Shown here piece after piece: positions 19,796 through 31,300 of a DNA stretch of 64,000 nucleotides (positions are counted from its first letter, which is position 1; the number at the start of each line of letters is the position of its first letter). This DNA is from an uncultured Candidatus Rokubacteria bacterium (GTDB lineage Bacteria > Methylomirabilota > Methylomirabilia > Rokubacteriales > CSP1-6). A model generated the notes under the pieces. It made no database searches and was not told where the DNA came from. It saw nothing but the letters and a program-made list of their open reading frames with translations. The position numbers and the translations under genes were made by a program. The DNA lies in the NCBI GenBank assembly GCA_963789955.1, contig CAWBMV010000022.1, positions 224,001 through 288,000 of the forward strand. The letters are read 5' to 3'.

Positions 19796-21352
19796 TCAGC
19801 GGCCTGTCTGTCGCTGCCAGAGCGCGGTGAGCGCCTCGCGGTCGATCTTGCCGTTCGCGTTCTTCGGAACGGCCTCGACGATGACGACGGCCGCGGGCGT
19901 CTTGAAGGCCGCCAGCCTGGCGCGGCAGTGCGCCAGGAGCGCGGCTTCGTCCGGGCTTCGGCCGGGCCGCGGGGCAACGAAGCCCACCGGGACCTCGCCG
20001 TAGATGTCGTCTCGCGCGGCGAGCGTTGCCGCGTCGGCGACGTCGGGATGCTCGAGCAGGCAATTCGTGATCTCGAGCGAGGCGATGTTGACACCGCCCT
20101 TGATGATGATGTCCTTCTTGCGACCGGTGATGTAGATGTAGCCCTCGTCGTCGCGCCGCGCGAGATCGCCGTTGCGAAAGCCGTCCTGAGGGATCGGCAC
20201 GAGCTTGTCCGGCCCCTGCCAGTAGGCCGAGGCGAGCTGCCGTCCGCTGACGACCATCTCGCCCTCCTGACCGGGCGGAAGCTCATGGCCGGTGTCGTCG
20301 AGGATTTGCACGCGCATGTTGAGGGTTGGCCGTCCGATCGAGCCGAGCTTGCGATGCCCCGGATGATTGCCGCACATGAAGCCCGTCTCGGTGCCGCCGG
20401 CGAGCTGTACGATCGGGATCGCGTACGTCTTCTCGAATTCCAGATGCTTGTCGACCGAGAGGGGGGCGGTACTCGACGTCATGAAGCGGAGCGCCGGCAG
20501 ATCCGCCCCGCTCACCGCGACCGGTTTGGCCAGCAGCATGTTGATGACCGTCGGGATGCCGACGGCGACGGTGACGCGGTGGTCGCGAAGCCAGTCGAAG
20601 AAGCGAGCCTGCGAGAACTTGCGCGCGAGGACGAGCGTGGCGCCGCTCAGCATCGCGGGCCCGACCGAGAGGATCTGAGGCGACGACCAGCTGAAGTGCC
20701 GGTAGTCGAGGATCGTGTCGGTGTCGCCGATCTCGAGGCGATCGACGGGTGACTCGCACATGGCGTAGTACGCCTCGTGAGTCCAGATCGCGCCCTTCGG
20801 CGCGTCCGTCGTGCCGGAGGTGTAGTTGATCAGCGACCAGTCAGTCCGGGCTGGCCGTGTCGCGACGGGCTTGTCCGAGGCGGTTCGCAGGCGAGCGAAG
20901 AGATCGTCGGCCGCCGGACCCGGCGCGTTCCAGGCGCCCAAGGCGAACCACGGCGCGTCGCCCGTGCCGAGCGCGCGAGGATCGCTCGCCAGATCGCGGC
21001 TCCAGAACACCGCCGCGGGCGCCACGTCGTGCAGGATCTGGCGCACGTGCTTCTCACGAATCTCGGCGTTGATCGGGTTCACGATCACGCCGGCGCGCAG
21101 CCCGCCCCAGAACACGACCAGCGCCTCGATCCCGTTGTCGGCGAGCACCGAGATCCGATCTCCACGCCCCACGCCCTCGGCGGCCAGAAAGTTGACGAAC
21201 CGCCGCGTCACCGCCTCGAACTCCCCGAACGTGATCCGCGCCCCCTGATCCGGACAATGAACGAACACCTTCCCGGCCCGCCGCCGAGCATGCTCCAAAA
21301 GCAGCGAGTCCACATCGACGAACGCGCTTGACTCCCGCCCGCCCGCACTCAT
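19796..21352 (-). CDS. AMP-binding acyl-CoA synthetase (class I adenylate-forming enzyme)
   Basis: YTSGTTDAPKG, GGTETG, FRNGDLA, GRKKDIIIKGG, PKNANGKIDR. Confidence 0.9.
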   Translation of the reverse strand: MSAGGRESSAFVDVDSLLLEHARRRAGKVFVHCPDQGARITFGEFEAVTRRFVNFLAAEGVGRGDRISVLADNGIEALVVFWGGLRAGVIVNPINAEIREKHVRQILHDVAPAAVFWSRDLASDPRALGTGDAPWFALGAWNAPGPAADDLFARLRTASDKPVATRPARTDWSLINYTSGTTDAPKGAIWTHEAYYAMCESPVDRLEIGDTDTILDYRHFSWSSPQILSVGPAMLSGATLVLARKFSQARFFDWLRDHRVTVAVGIPTVINMLLAKPVAVSGADLPALRFMTSSTAPLSVDKHLEFEKTYAIPIVQLAGGTETGFMCGNHPGHRKLGSIGRPTLNMRVQILDDTGHELPPGQEGEMVVSGRQLASAYWQGPDKLVPIPQDGFRNGDLARRDDEGYIYITGRKKDIIIKGGVNIASLEITNCLLEHPDVADAATLAARDDIYGEVPVGFVAPRPGRSPDEAALLAHCRARLAAFKTPAAVVIVEAVPKNANGKIDREALTALWQRQTGR

Positions 21353-21394
21353 CGCGAGCGATACTGCTCCGCCCGCCTCGGCGCCGTCAAGCGA

Positions 21395-21562
21395 GGGGCG
21401 GTCGGGCGAGGCGGGGTGGCCGGTGGGGGTCGATGAGACCCGTTCCCGACAAGCGTCGGCGGACGTGAAGCGCCGGATGGAGCCCAGGCGACGGGGACAT
21501 GCGAACGCGTGCCGCGTGGTCGAACGACCCCCACCGGCCACCCCGCCTCGCCCGACCGCCCC
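21395..21562. repeat. perfect 38-bp inverted repeat around a 92-bp spacer (MITE/REPIN-like)
   Basis: 21395..21432 GGGGCGGTCGGGCGAGGCGGGGTGGCCGGTGGGGGTCG is the exact reverse complement of 21525..21562; intergenic. Confidence 0.9.
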
Positions 21563-21567
21563 GTCGG

Positions 21568-22182
21568 TTAACGCGCGCTGAAGTGCGAGAGGTAGTGAGC
21601 GAGGGCGACGAGGTCGGGGTCGGAGAGCTCGCGAAGCTCAACGGCCATGGCGCCGGCATACCCGATGCGCGCCCCGGACTTGTACTCGCGCATCGTCTTG
21701 AGCAGATAATCCTCGCGCTGGTTCGCCAGGCGCGGCATCTGCTCGCGACCGGAGAAATCCGGGTTGTGGCAGACGGTGCAGTGGTTCTGCGTCGCAAGGG
21801 CTCGGCCCTGAGCCGAGCGCGCCGGGTCGGCCGGCTCGGGCGGCGCCTCCGGCGGCGGCAGCTTCGCGAGGTACTCGGAGATCGCGCGCAGATCGTCGTT
21901 GGTCAAGTCCTTGGCGGCGGTGGTCATCGCGGCGCTGCTGCGGCGCCCGTCGCGGAACAAGAACAGCTGGGCGACCGTGAAGAACTGCGGCTGACCGGCG
22001 AGCGACGGCGTCTCCGGGGTGCGCGAGAGCCCGCCGGCGCCGTGACAAGCCAGGCACACGGTCATGCGCTCCTCGAGAGGCGCGGCGCCGGCGAGTGACG
22101 CGAAGGCGAGAATCGCGAACGTGACGAGCAGGATGGCTCGGGGCGAGAGCGGCGAGCCCGCTCTCGCCCCGGCGGTTCGCAT
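21568..22182 (-). CDS. di-heme cytochrome c (c4 type)
   Basis: Signal peptide, CLACH and CTVCH heme motifs, PSLAGQ and PRLANQ. Confidence 0.9.
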   Translation of the reverse strand: MRTAGARAGSPLSPRAILLVTFAILAFASLAGAAPLEERMTVCLACHGAGGLSRTPETPSLAGQPQFFTVAQLFLFRDGRRSSAAMTTAAKDLTNDDLRAISEYLAKLPPPEAPPEPADPARSAQGRALATQNHCTVCHNPDFSGREQMPRLANQREDYLLKTMREYKSGARIGYAGAMAVELRELSDPDLVALAHYLSHFSAR

Positions 22183-23412
22183 CAACGCGAGTAGCTGATC
22201 CGATAGACGGCGCCGTTGTGGTCGTCGGAGACCAGCAAGGAGCCATCCTTCATCACCATGACGTCCACGGGGCGGCCGAGGTAGCTGTTGTTCTCGACCA
22301 GACCCGTCAGGAACGGCTCGATCTTCGTCACCTTGCCGTTGCGGTCGAGGAACGCCACGACGACGTCGGCCGCGTATTTCTTGGTGCGGTTCCACGGCCC
22401 GTGACGCGCGATGAAGATCGCGCCCTGGTACTTCGACGGGAACATCTTGCCGGTATAGAAGCGCATCCCGAGCGGCGCCGAATGCGGCTCCAGGAGTGCC
22501 GCGGGCTTGGTGAAGTCGCCGCAGGCCTTGCCCCAGCCGAACTCGGGATCCGCGAAGTCGCCCTGGTGGCAATACGGATAGCCGAAGTGCTCGCCGGCCT
22601 TCGTGAGGTGATTCAGCTCGTCGTTCGGGAGATCCTCCGATAGCCAGTCGCGCTGATTGTCGGTGAACCAGAGCTCGCCCGTCTTGGGATGGAAGTCGAA
22701 GCCGACCGTGTTGCGCACGCCGCGGGCGATGATCTCCACGCCGCCACCGTTGAGGTCGATGCGACGGATGTGCGCGTACTTGGTCGAGTCCGGATCGCAG
22801 ATGTTGCAGGGCGCGCCGACCGGCACGTACAGCTTGCCGTCGGGCCCGATCTTGATGAACTTCCAGCCATGCGGGACATCGCCCGGGAACTGGTCGTAGA
22901 CCATCATCGGCGTCGGCAGCTTGTCGAGGTGCGCCTCGATGCTTGTCGTAGCGGGTGATGTCCTTCGGCGTCGCGAGGTAGAGCGAGCCCTTGTGGAACT
23001 CGATGCCGTTGGGCAGGAAGAGCTTTTCGGCGAGCGTCTTCACTTCACGCTTGCCGCCCTTGTCGACGATCGCGTAGAGCTTGCCCGCCACGAACAGCGA
23101 GCTCACGAACACCGTGCCCTTGTCGCCCTCGCGGAGCCCGCGGGCGTCGAGAATCTCCGCCGCGTACACCTCGACCTTGAAGCCCTCGGGCACCTTCATC
23201 TTGGCGATCGGGAGCTTGTCGGCCGGCGTCGGGACCGGGAAGGCGGGGACCGGCGCCATCTGCGCGCCCGGACCGGCCTTCGGCCGCCCGATGGCCCAGA
23301 ACGGAGTTTCTTCCTCCTTCTGCTGGGCGAACGCCGGAAGCGCGAGCAACGTGAGCATCAGGAAGGCGGCGGCGAGCGCCAGTGTCCGGCTGGTCAGCGA
23401 CGATGGAGCCAT
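22182..23412 (-). CDS. PQQ-dependent sugar/sorbosone dehydrogenase family protein; frameshift near 22940
   Basis: Signal peptide, KVPEGFKVEVYA, GPDGKLYVPVGAPCNIC, GVRNTVGFDFHP, GRPVDV. Confidence 0.88.
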
Positions 23413-23576
23413 AGCGATCCTCCCTGGGCGACAGCGGGTGTCACGACATCGACGCGGCCGAGCGTGCGGAGCATGACGATCGACGATCGATCCTGGCCCC
23501 GCACTCTAGCGCGGACGGCCGCGGCACGCAAAGATCCACGGTCTTGTAGAATCCGGGCAGCGCCGGAGAAAGGACG

Positions 23577-23993
23577 ATGCGCATGCCGAGAGTCACGCCG
23601 ATCACCGCCAGGCAGCAGGTCGCTCCCGAGCACCAGGCGATTTTCGACGCGGTCGCCGAGGGCCGCGGCAGTGTGCGCGGTCCTTTCAGCATCATGATGC
23701 TCAGCCCGCAGTTCTGCGAGCGCGTCCTCAAGCTGAGCGATTTCTTGCGCTTCCAATGCTCGGTCAAGCCGAAGAGGGCGAGCTCGCCATCATCGCGACC
23801 GCGCGCGAGAAGGACTGCGGCTACGTGTGGGGCGCGCACGTGGCGCTGGCCGCAAGGCGGGAACGCGCGAGGAGGCGATCGCCGCGGTGCGCGACCGCAA
23901 GGACGTGAGCACGGCCACTACGGGCTGGTCAGCGGCCTCTTGAACGCCTTCGAGATGAGGCCGGCGCCCGACGCCGAGAAGCTGCCGAGCTAG
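23577..23993 (+). pseudogene. carboxymuconolactone decarboxylase/AhpD-like protein, frameshifted and internally deleted
   Basis: RGSVRGPFSIMMLSP; ELAIIATAREKDCGYVWGAH in a shifted frame; jumps from VRDRK to GHYGLVSGLLNAFE. Confidence 0.6.
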
Positions 23994-24002
23994 GGCTTCG
24001 CG

Positions 24003-25220
24003 TCACTCGATCGCGCGGAGGCGCCGCGAGGTGAGCAGGACGAGCGCGTTGGCGGACACGAGCGCCCCGCCGACCAGCACCGCGAAGCGCGCGTCGACCG
24101 CGGCCGCCAGCGCGCCGGCCAGGAGACCACCGAGCGGGAGCAGGTTCCAGCAGAGCGAGTAGAGGCTCAAGACGCGGCCGCGCAGGTGGTCGGGCACCTT
24201 GGTCTGGATGAGCGTGGTCACGTGCGTCAGGTAGAAGGTGCTGCAGAAGCCGGTCAGCGCCAGCATCGGGAACGCGACTCCCATGCCCGGCGATCGTGAG
24301 AACGTCATCAGCGCCAGCCCCATGCTCGCCGCCGCGCACAGCATGACCACGCCCGGACGCAGGATGCGCTGCGCGGCCGTCGCGATGATCAAGGTGCCGA
24401 GCAGCGATCCGGCGCCGTGCGCCGCGCTCAGCAATCCGTAGCCGGTCGAGCCCATCCCGAAATACGCGTCGGCGTACACGGGCAGCAACGTGATGTACGA
24501 GAGGCCGAACAGCGCGTTGAAGAGAGCCAGGCTGATCAGGCTCGCGAACACGAAGTTGTGGCCGACGAAGCTCAGCCCCTCGGCGAGCTGCGCGAGGACA
24601 CGCCGTCCGTCGCTCGTCTTGACCTCCTCACGGACGTCGAGACGGCTGTAGAGCGCGAGCGCGGTGCACGAGGCGATCGCCGCCAGCCCGAAGCCGACCG
24701 TGCCGCCGAAGGCCGCGATCAGGATACCGGTGATCGACGGGCCGATCATCCGGCCGGCCTGCCAGGGGATCGAGCCGAGGGCGATCGCGTTCGGCAGCCG
24801 CTCGCGATCGATCAGCTGCGGCACCAGCGACATCCGGCTGGGCTCGTCGAACGCGCGAAAGCTGCTGCTGAGCGCGGCCAGCACGAGCAGGTGCTGGACC
24901 CGCGCGAGTCCCAGCACGATCAAGACGAAGGCGAGGATCAGGGTCGACGACGTCAAGGTCGTCGTCACGAGCAAGAGCCGCCGACGACTGGTGCGATCGG
25001 CCAGGACGCCGGCGAGGAGCTGGAACACGACGAGCGGCGCGCCCTGCGCCAGGCCGAGATAGCCGAGATGCAGCGGGTCGCGCGTCAGCTCCCACGTCAT
25101 CCACGCGAAGGTGACGTACTCCGCCCGATGGCCGAGGACGTAGAAGACCAGGCCCGACCAGTAGAGCGCGTAGTTCCGAGTCTTGAGGGCGGCGAAGGTC
25201 GACGGCCGCGCCGTCGCCGC
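24003..25220 (-). CDS. MFS transporter (start uncertain)
   Basis: About 12 hydrophobic segments, AGVLADRTSRRRLL, VPDHLRGRVLS; frame stays open upstream of 25100 (TFAALKTRNYALYW). Confidence 0.85.
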   Translation of the reverse strand, partial: AATARPSTFAALKTRNYALYWSGLVFYVLGHRAEYVTFAWMTWELTRDPLHLGYLGLAQGAPLVVFQLLAGVLADRTSRRRLLLVTTTLTSSTLILAFVLIVLGLARVQHLLVLAALSSSFRAFDEPSRMSLVPQLIDRERLPNAIALGSIPWQAGRMIGPSITGILIAAFGGTVGFGLAAIASCTALALYSRLDVREEVKTSDGRRVLAQLAEGLSFVGHNFVFASLISLALFNALFGLSYITLLPVYADAYFGMGSTGYGLLSAAHGAGSLLGTLIIATAAQRILRPGVVMLCAAASMGLALMTFSRSPGMGVAFPMLALTGFCSTFYLTHVTTLIQTKVPDHLRGRVLSLYSLCWNLLPLGGLLAGALAAAVDARFAVLVGGALVSANALVLLTSRRLRAIE

Positions 25221-25240
25221 CGGGCTCGCCGGGCGAGCCG

Positions 25241-25549
25241 CTAGTCGGTGAGAGATCTGAAGATCTCCACCTCGGCCTTCCCCTCGGTCAGTCCTTCCTT
25301 CTCGCGCCGCTCGCGATACGCGACGAGGTGGGGCGCCTTGCGATGGACGTCGAAGGCGGCGTCGTCCTTGTACTGCTCGTAGAAGACGAAGACGTCGGGA
25401 TCCTTCGTCGAGCGGTGCGGGCGATACACGATGCAGCCCGGCTCGGCCTTCATGACCGCGGCCACCTGTTCCTTGAGGAGCGCCGCCAGCGCGTCGCCCT
25501 TGCCCTTCGCCGCCCGGATCTTCGCCACCACCGTGAGCACGTCAGCCAT
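25241..25549 (-). CDS. antibiotic biosynthesis monooxygenase (ABM) family protein
   Basis: EPGCIVY, FVFYEQYKDDAAFDVHRKAPH. Confidence 0.88.
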   Translation of the reverse strand: MADVLTVVAKIRAAKGKGDALAALLKEQVAAVMKAEPGCIVYRPHRSTKDPDVFVFYEQYKDDAAFDVHRKAPHLVAYRERREKEGLTEGKAEVEIFRSLTD

Positions 25550-25571
25550 TGGTCTCTCCAGGACTTGATAT

Positions 25572-25613
25572 GCGCGTCTCGGCGGGGCCCCGGCCCCGCG
25601 CTCTGAAGCGCGC
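25572..25613 (+). repeat. shortened variant of the 52-bp structured repeat, copy D
   Basis: Keeps the GCGGGGC-CCCG-GCCCCGC core hairpin and GCGCG..GCGCGC outer stem. Confidence 0.55.
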
Positions 25614-25689
25614 GACCGAGGCTAGGCTAACTTACGAGGGTCGTCAAGCGAACCGGAGGGTGACCCTCAATTATGAGTTCCAAGGCCGG

Positions 25690-26186
25690 CCTGCGCCGAA
25701 GCACCGGGCGCGCGGCCGCCATCGGCGGCGCCGCGAGCCGCGGCCATGCTGGGGCGAGCTGGTGCACCTCGACGGCAGCCGTCATCGCTGGCTCGCGTTG
25801 GTCCCCGAGCAGTGGCAGGCCTTGATCGTGGCGGTGGACGACGCCACCAAGCGTGTGCTCGATGCGCAACTGGTCGAGGGCGGCGAAAGTCTCGGCGCCA
25901 TCATGACCGCCCTGCGCGTGATCCTGGAGCAACACGGCATTCCGGGGCCATCTACACCGAGCGCGCCAGCTGGGCGGTGTACACGCCGACCTCCGGTACC
26001 GCGCCCGATCGCGCGAAAGTGACCCAGGTAGGCCGCGCGCTCGCCCGGCTCGGCATTGAGCACATCGTGAGTTTCTCGCCGCAGGCGCGGGGGCGGAGCG
26101 AGCGGATGAATCGCACGCTGCAGGGCCGGCTCGTGAACGAACTGCGGGTGGCCCAGATCCGCACCCTGGAGGCGGCCAATCGCTAA
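25690..26186 (+). mobile_element. DDE transposase remnant (integrase-core type, ISNCY/IS1202-like)
   Basis: GELVHLDGSRHRWL, VDDAT, TQVGRALARLGIEHI, SPQARGRSERMNRTLQGRL; frameshifted, with no N- or C-terminal parts. Confidence 0.8.
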
Positions 26187-28272
26187 GCACGGCGGGCGTG
26201 AGCTCGGCGAGAACCGTGCGGAGATGATTCGTGTCGACCGGCTTCACGAGGTGCGCGTCGAAGCCGGCGGCCTGCGCGCGCTTGCGATCGACCGGCTGGC
26301 CGTAGCCGCTGATGGCGATCAGTCTCACGTCGGCGCCGCGGCCCATCGCCCGTAGCTGTCGGGCGACCTCGAAGCCGTCGATTCCCGGCAATCCGAGGTC
26401 GACCAGCGCGAACGTGAAATCAGCGGACCGCGCGTGCTCGAGCCCGTCCTCGCCGCTGACCGCGACCGCGACCTGGTGACCGTCGAGCTCGAGCAGCAGG
26501 CGCAAGCTCTCGCGGGCGTCCTCGTTGTCCTCGACGATGAGGATGCGCGTCGGGCGCAACGTCGACGGCACCGCCAGGCTCGCCGGCGCCGCCGGCGCGG
26601 CGCTCGCCGGCAGGCGGACGACGAGCTCGCTCCCGCGCCCCTCGCCGGCGCTGAGCGCCTCGACGGCGCCGCCGTGCAGCTCGACCAGCCGCCGGACCAG
26701 GGTCAGGCCGAGACCGAGGCCGTCGGCGCGCGCGTGGCCGGTGCCGCCGCCGCGAACGAACAGATCGAAGATCTGCGGCAGCAGGGCGGCCGGGATGCCG
26801 CGGCCCGTATCGCTCACTCGCAGGACGGCCTCGGTGCCGTCGCGCTGCACGCTGACGATCACGCGGCCGCCGCGCGCGGTGTAGCGGAGCGCGTTGTCGA
26901 GGAGATTCGCCACCACTTGCTCGAGCCTCGAGGCGTCGCCGATCACCCAGACGGGGTCGGTCTTCAGGACGATCTCGTGATTGGCGGTCTTGCCGGCTGC
27001 GTCGAAGGCCTGGAGCGCGCGGCGCGCCACGTCGGCGAACGCGACCGGCTCGCGTTCGACGACGATTCGGCCCGTGGTCACCCGCGCGACGTCGAGCAGA
27101 TCGTCGACGAGGCGGGCCAGATGGTGTGTCTGGCGTCCGATGATCGTCCGGATCCGCGCGGTGTCGTCGTCCTGGCGACCGAGCTTCTCGAGCACCGCGG
27201 CGGCGTTGCTGATGGCCGCCAGCGGATTCCTGAGCTCGTGCGCGAGCATCGCGAGGAACTCGTCCTTGCGGCGGTCGCGCTCCTCGATCTCGCGATAGAG
27301 ACTGCGGTTGTCGAGCGCGATGGCGGTGCGGCTCGCCAGGTCGCGGACGAGCTCGATGTCGGCCGTGGTGTAGCGGCGACCCGAATCGAGCATGGCGAAG
27401 GCCATGGCGCCGAGCGTCGTGCCGCGGGCGGGCAGCGGCGCCACGATCGCCCACGTCCCGGTGCCGTCCTTCGTGGGCAAGGTCTCGAGCTTGTGGCTGG
27501 CAATCACGCGCAAGGCCGCGTCGAGGATTTCCCGGTGCGCGGCGACTCCGGCCGACGGCGGGGCGAGCCGTCCGTCGGCATCGACGCGGAGCCAGACCCC
27601 CTCGGCTTCCGGCGATCGGGTCGCGTCGACCGGGACGACGCCCGCGAGGTCGGCCATGTACGGCAGCACCGCGCGGAGCAGATCGCCGGCGATCGAGCCG
27701 CCCTCGATCGGCCGCGTCAACACGCGGGTGGCTTCGGCCAGCACGCCCAGCCGGAGATTCGTCGCCTCCGCGGCGACACGAGCAGCCTGCTCGGTGGCCA
27801 GCGCCACCCGCTCCTCGGCGTGCCGGCGCGCCTGCGCGTGCATCCGCGCCAGCTCCACGAAGACCCTGACCTTGGTCCGGAGAATCTCCGGCAGGAACGG
27901 GCTGAACAGATAGTCGACGGCGCCGAGCGAGTAGCCCCGCGCCGCGTGCAGCTCATCGGTGTCCGCGGTGACGAAGATGATGGGCACGTTGCGCGTCCGC
28001 GGGCGCTGCCGGATCATCGCCGCGGTCTCGAAGCCGTCCATCTCCGGCATGTTGACGTCCAGCAGGATCACCGCGACGTCGTGATCGAGGAGATAGCGCA
28101 GGGCTTCGCGCCCCGAGTCGACGGCGACGACGTTTTCGTCGAGGTCGGCGAGCACCGTCTCGACCGCCATGCGCTGCGCCACGGTGTCGTCGACGATCAG
28201 GATGTTGACGCGCTCGCGCGCCGCCGGAAGCAGCGGCGTCGAGGCGCCGCGCGGCTCTTCGACGTCGCTCAT
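26184..28272 (-). CDS. hybrid sensor kinase REC-GAF-HisKA-HATPase-REC (3' end runs into the IS remnant)
   Basis: [58 protein letters not shown]. Confidence 0.9.
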
Positions 28273-28300
28273 CGGCTTCGCAGGCGCCACCGCGCCACGC

Positions 28301-31300
28301 CTAGCGAACCAGCCACGCCCGCAGCATCGCGACCAGCTCCTCGGGATCGACCGGCTTGGCCAGGTAGTCCCAGGCGCCGGCCTCGATGCACTTCTCGCGG
28401 TCGCCTTTCATGGCCTTGGCGGTGACCGCGATGATCGGGACGTCCTTGGACCGCGGGTCCAGGCGGATCTGCCGCGTGGTCTCCATGCCGTCCATCTCCG
28501 GCATCATGATATCCATCAGCACCACGTCGATGTCCGCGTAGGCCTGGAGCGATCTTGATCGCGTCGCGCCCGTTCTCCGCGGACACCACCAGCATGTGGT
28601 GCTCCTCGAGGACGCTGGTGAGCGCGAAGATGTTGCGGATGTCGTCGTCCACGATGAGGACCTTCTTGCCGCCCAGCGCGCGGTCTGCCACCGTGCAGGT
28701 CGCTGAGGATCCGGCGCTGCCCCGCCGAGAGGTCGCCGAAGCGACGGTGCAGGTAGAGCGCGGTCTGGTCGAGCAGCCTCTGGTCCGTCCGCACGTCCTT
28801 GACCGTCAGGCCCGGCAGCGCGCGCTTGACGGCGTCGACCTGATCTTCGGTGTCGGGATCGCCGTGGCAGCAGCAAGGAGGCGGTCCGCGACGGCGCGTG
28901 CTTGAGCAGCCGCTTCGCGAGATCCAGGGGCGTCGTGTCGGGCAGGCGCGGATTCAGCACCACGCACTCCGGGACTCGCCGCTCGAGGGCCGCGATCGCG
29001 TCGGCGCCGCTGCCGACCGCCGTGATGCTCACGTCGGGACCGCCCAGGAGCGCGACGAGCTGCTCCCGGCGCGCGGCGGCGGGCTCGACGATCAGGAGGT
29101 CGCGCGTGGCCGCGTCGGTGTGGCGCTTGATCGCCGCCACCGTTTCCTCGAGCGCCTCGCCGCTGGCGAGCGGCTTGGTGATGACCATCCGGGCGCCGAG
29201 CCGTAGACCGCGCTCGACGTCGTCGTCGGTGGTGATGATGTACACGGGGATGTGGCGGGTCGCCATGTCGTTCTTGATGCGCTCGAGCACCCAGTAGCCG
29301 TTGATGTCCGGCAGCGAGATGTCGAGGGTGATCGCGACCGGCTGAAACTCCTGGCTCAGGCCCAGGGCCGCCGCGCCGAACGACGGTGATCACGCCCTTG
29401 AAGCCCTGCGCGTGCGCTTCGTCCAGGACGGCGCGCGCGAACGCCGCGTCGTTCTCGACGATGAGCAGGACGCGGTCGCCCGGCTGGATGGCTCGCCGGT
29501 CGTCGCTCGCCTCCTCGACGGCGGTGGCGGTCGGCGACCTCGGCGAGCACCGCCGCGACGGGGACGCGGGTGGCCGGCACCTGAGAGGCGCGCCTCGGGA
29601 CCGGCCGCCGGACGGCGCGGCGTCGCCGGCGGCGTGTAGGTCATCGGCAGGTAGAGCGTGAAGCGTGCTGCCGCGCCCCTGCGAGCTCACGAGGTGGATC
29701 TCGCCGCCGAGCAGGCGCGAGAGCTCGCGGCTGATCGCGAGACCGAGGCCGGTGCCGCCGTACGTGCGGCTCGTGCTGCCGTCGGCCTGCTGGAACGCCT
29801 CGAAGATGATCTGCTGCTTCTCCGACGGGATGCCGATGCCGGTGTCCGTCACCGAGAACGCGATGGCGGGGCCGCGGCCCTCGGAGGACTCCGTGCTCCA
29901 GATTGGCGGGATCGGCGAGGCCGATCGTCAGGTCGACGCGGCCGTGGCGCGTGAACTTGAAGGCGTTCGAGAGCAGGTTCTTCAGGATCTGCTGGAGGCG
30001 CTTGGCGTCGGTGTGGATCGCGCGCGGCAGGTCCGGCAGGAGCTGGATGACGAACTCGAGCCCCTTGGCCTCGGCCAGATGATTGAACGTCCGCTCGACG
30101 AAGCTGTGGAGATCCGAGAACCACATCTCGCCCACGTCGACGACGACCGTCCCCGACTCGATCTTGGACAGGTCGAGGATGTCGTTGATGAGGTTCAGCA
30201 GGTCGTTACCGGATGAGTGGATGGTCTTGGCGAACTCGGTCTGCCGCGAGCTGAGGTTGCCGTCGGGGTTCTTCGACAGCTGGTCGGAGAGGATCAGCAG
30301 GCTGTTCAGCGGCGTGCGGAGCTCGTGCGACATGTTGGCGAGGAATTCGGATTTGTACTTCGAGGTGAGCGCGAGCTGCGCCGCCTTTTCCTCGAGGGCC
30401 TGCCGGGCCAGCTCGACCTCACGGTTCTTGCGCTCGACTTCCGCGTTCTGGTGGGCGAGGAGCTGGGCCTTTTCCTGGAGCTCCTGGTTGGTCTGTCCGA
30501 GCTCGGAGGCCAGCGACTGCGACTGCGCCAGCAGCGCCTCCGTGCGCATGTTCGCCTCGATCGTGTTGATCACGATCCCGATACTTTCCACGAGCAGGTC
30601 CAGGAAGGCCTTGTGCGTCGGGTTGAAGCGGTCGAACGACGCCAGCTCGATCACGCCCTTGACGTCGCCCTCGAACAGCACCGGCAGGATGATCAGGCTC
30701 GCCGGCGTGGCGCCGCCGAGCCCCGAGCTGATGCGGACGTAGTTCGCCGGCACGGTGTCGAGCAGGAGACCGCGCTTCTCGCGGGCGCACTGGCCGACCA
30801 GGCCCTCGCCGATCTGGAACGTCGTCGGCGCCTCGGCCTCGAGGGCGTACCCGGCGAGCAGCTTGAGCCGCTGCTGGTCGTCGGACGCATCGAGGAGATA
30901 GAAGGCGCCGCGATGCGCCGAGACGACCGGCGCCAGCTCGGACAGGATGAGCCGGCCGACCTCGAGCAGATCCTTCTGGCCCTGGAGCATGCGGCTGAAC
31001 TTGGCGAGGTTGGTCTTGAGCCAGTCCTGCTCGCTGTTCTTGAGCGTCGTCTCGCGGAGGTTGCGGATCATCTCGTTGGTGGTGTCCTTGAGGACGGCCA
31101 CCTCGCCGCGCGCGTCGACGGAGATCTCGCGCGTCAGGTCGCCCGTGGTCACCGCGGTCGCCACCTCGGCGATCGCGCGGACCTGCGTGGTGAGATTGGC
31201 CGCGAGCTGGTTCACGTTGTCGGTGAGGTCCTTCCACGTGCCGGCGGCGCCGGGCACGCGCGCCTGGCCGCCGAGCTTGCCTTCGACGCCGACCTCGCGC

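Noticed and set aside
21568..23412. 614-aa dehydrogenase-cytochrome c fusion suggested by the ORF track
   Set aside because: Produced by the frameshift near 22940; the dehydrogenase stops at 22182 and the cytochrome has its own signal peptide
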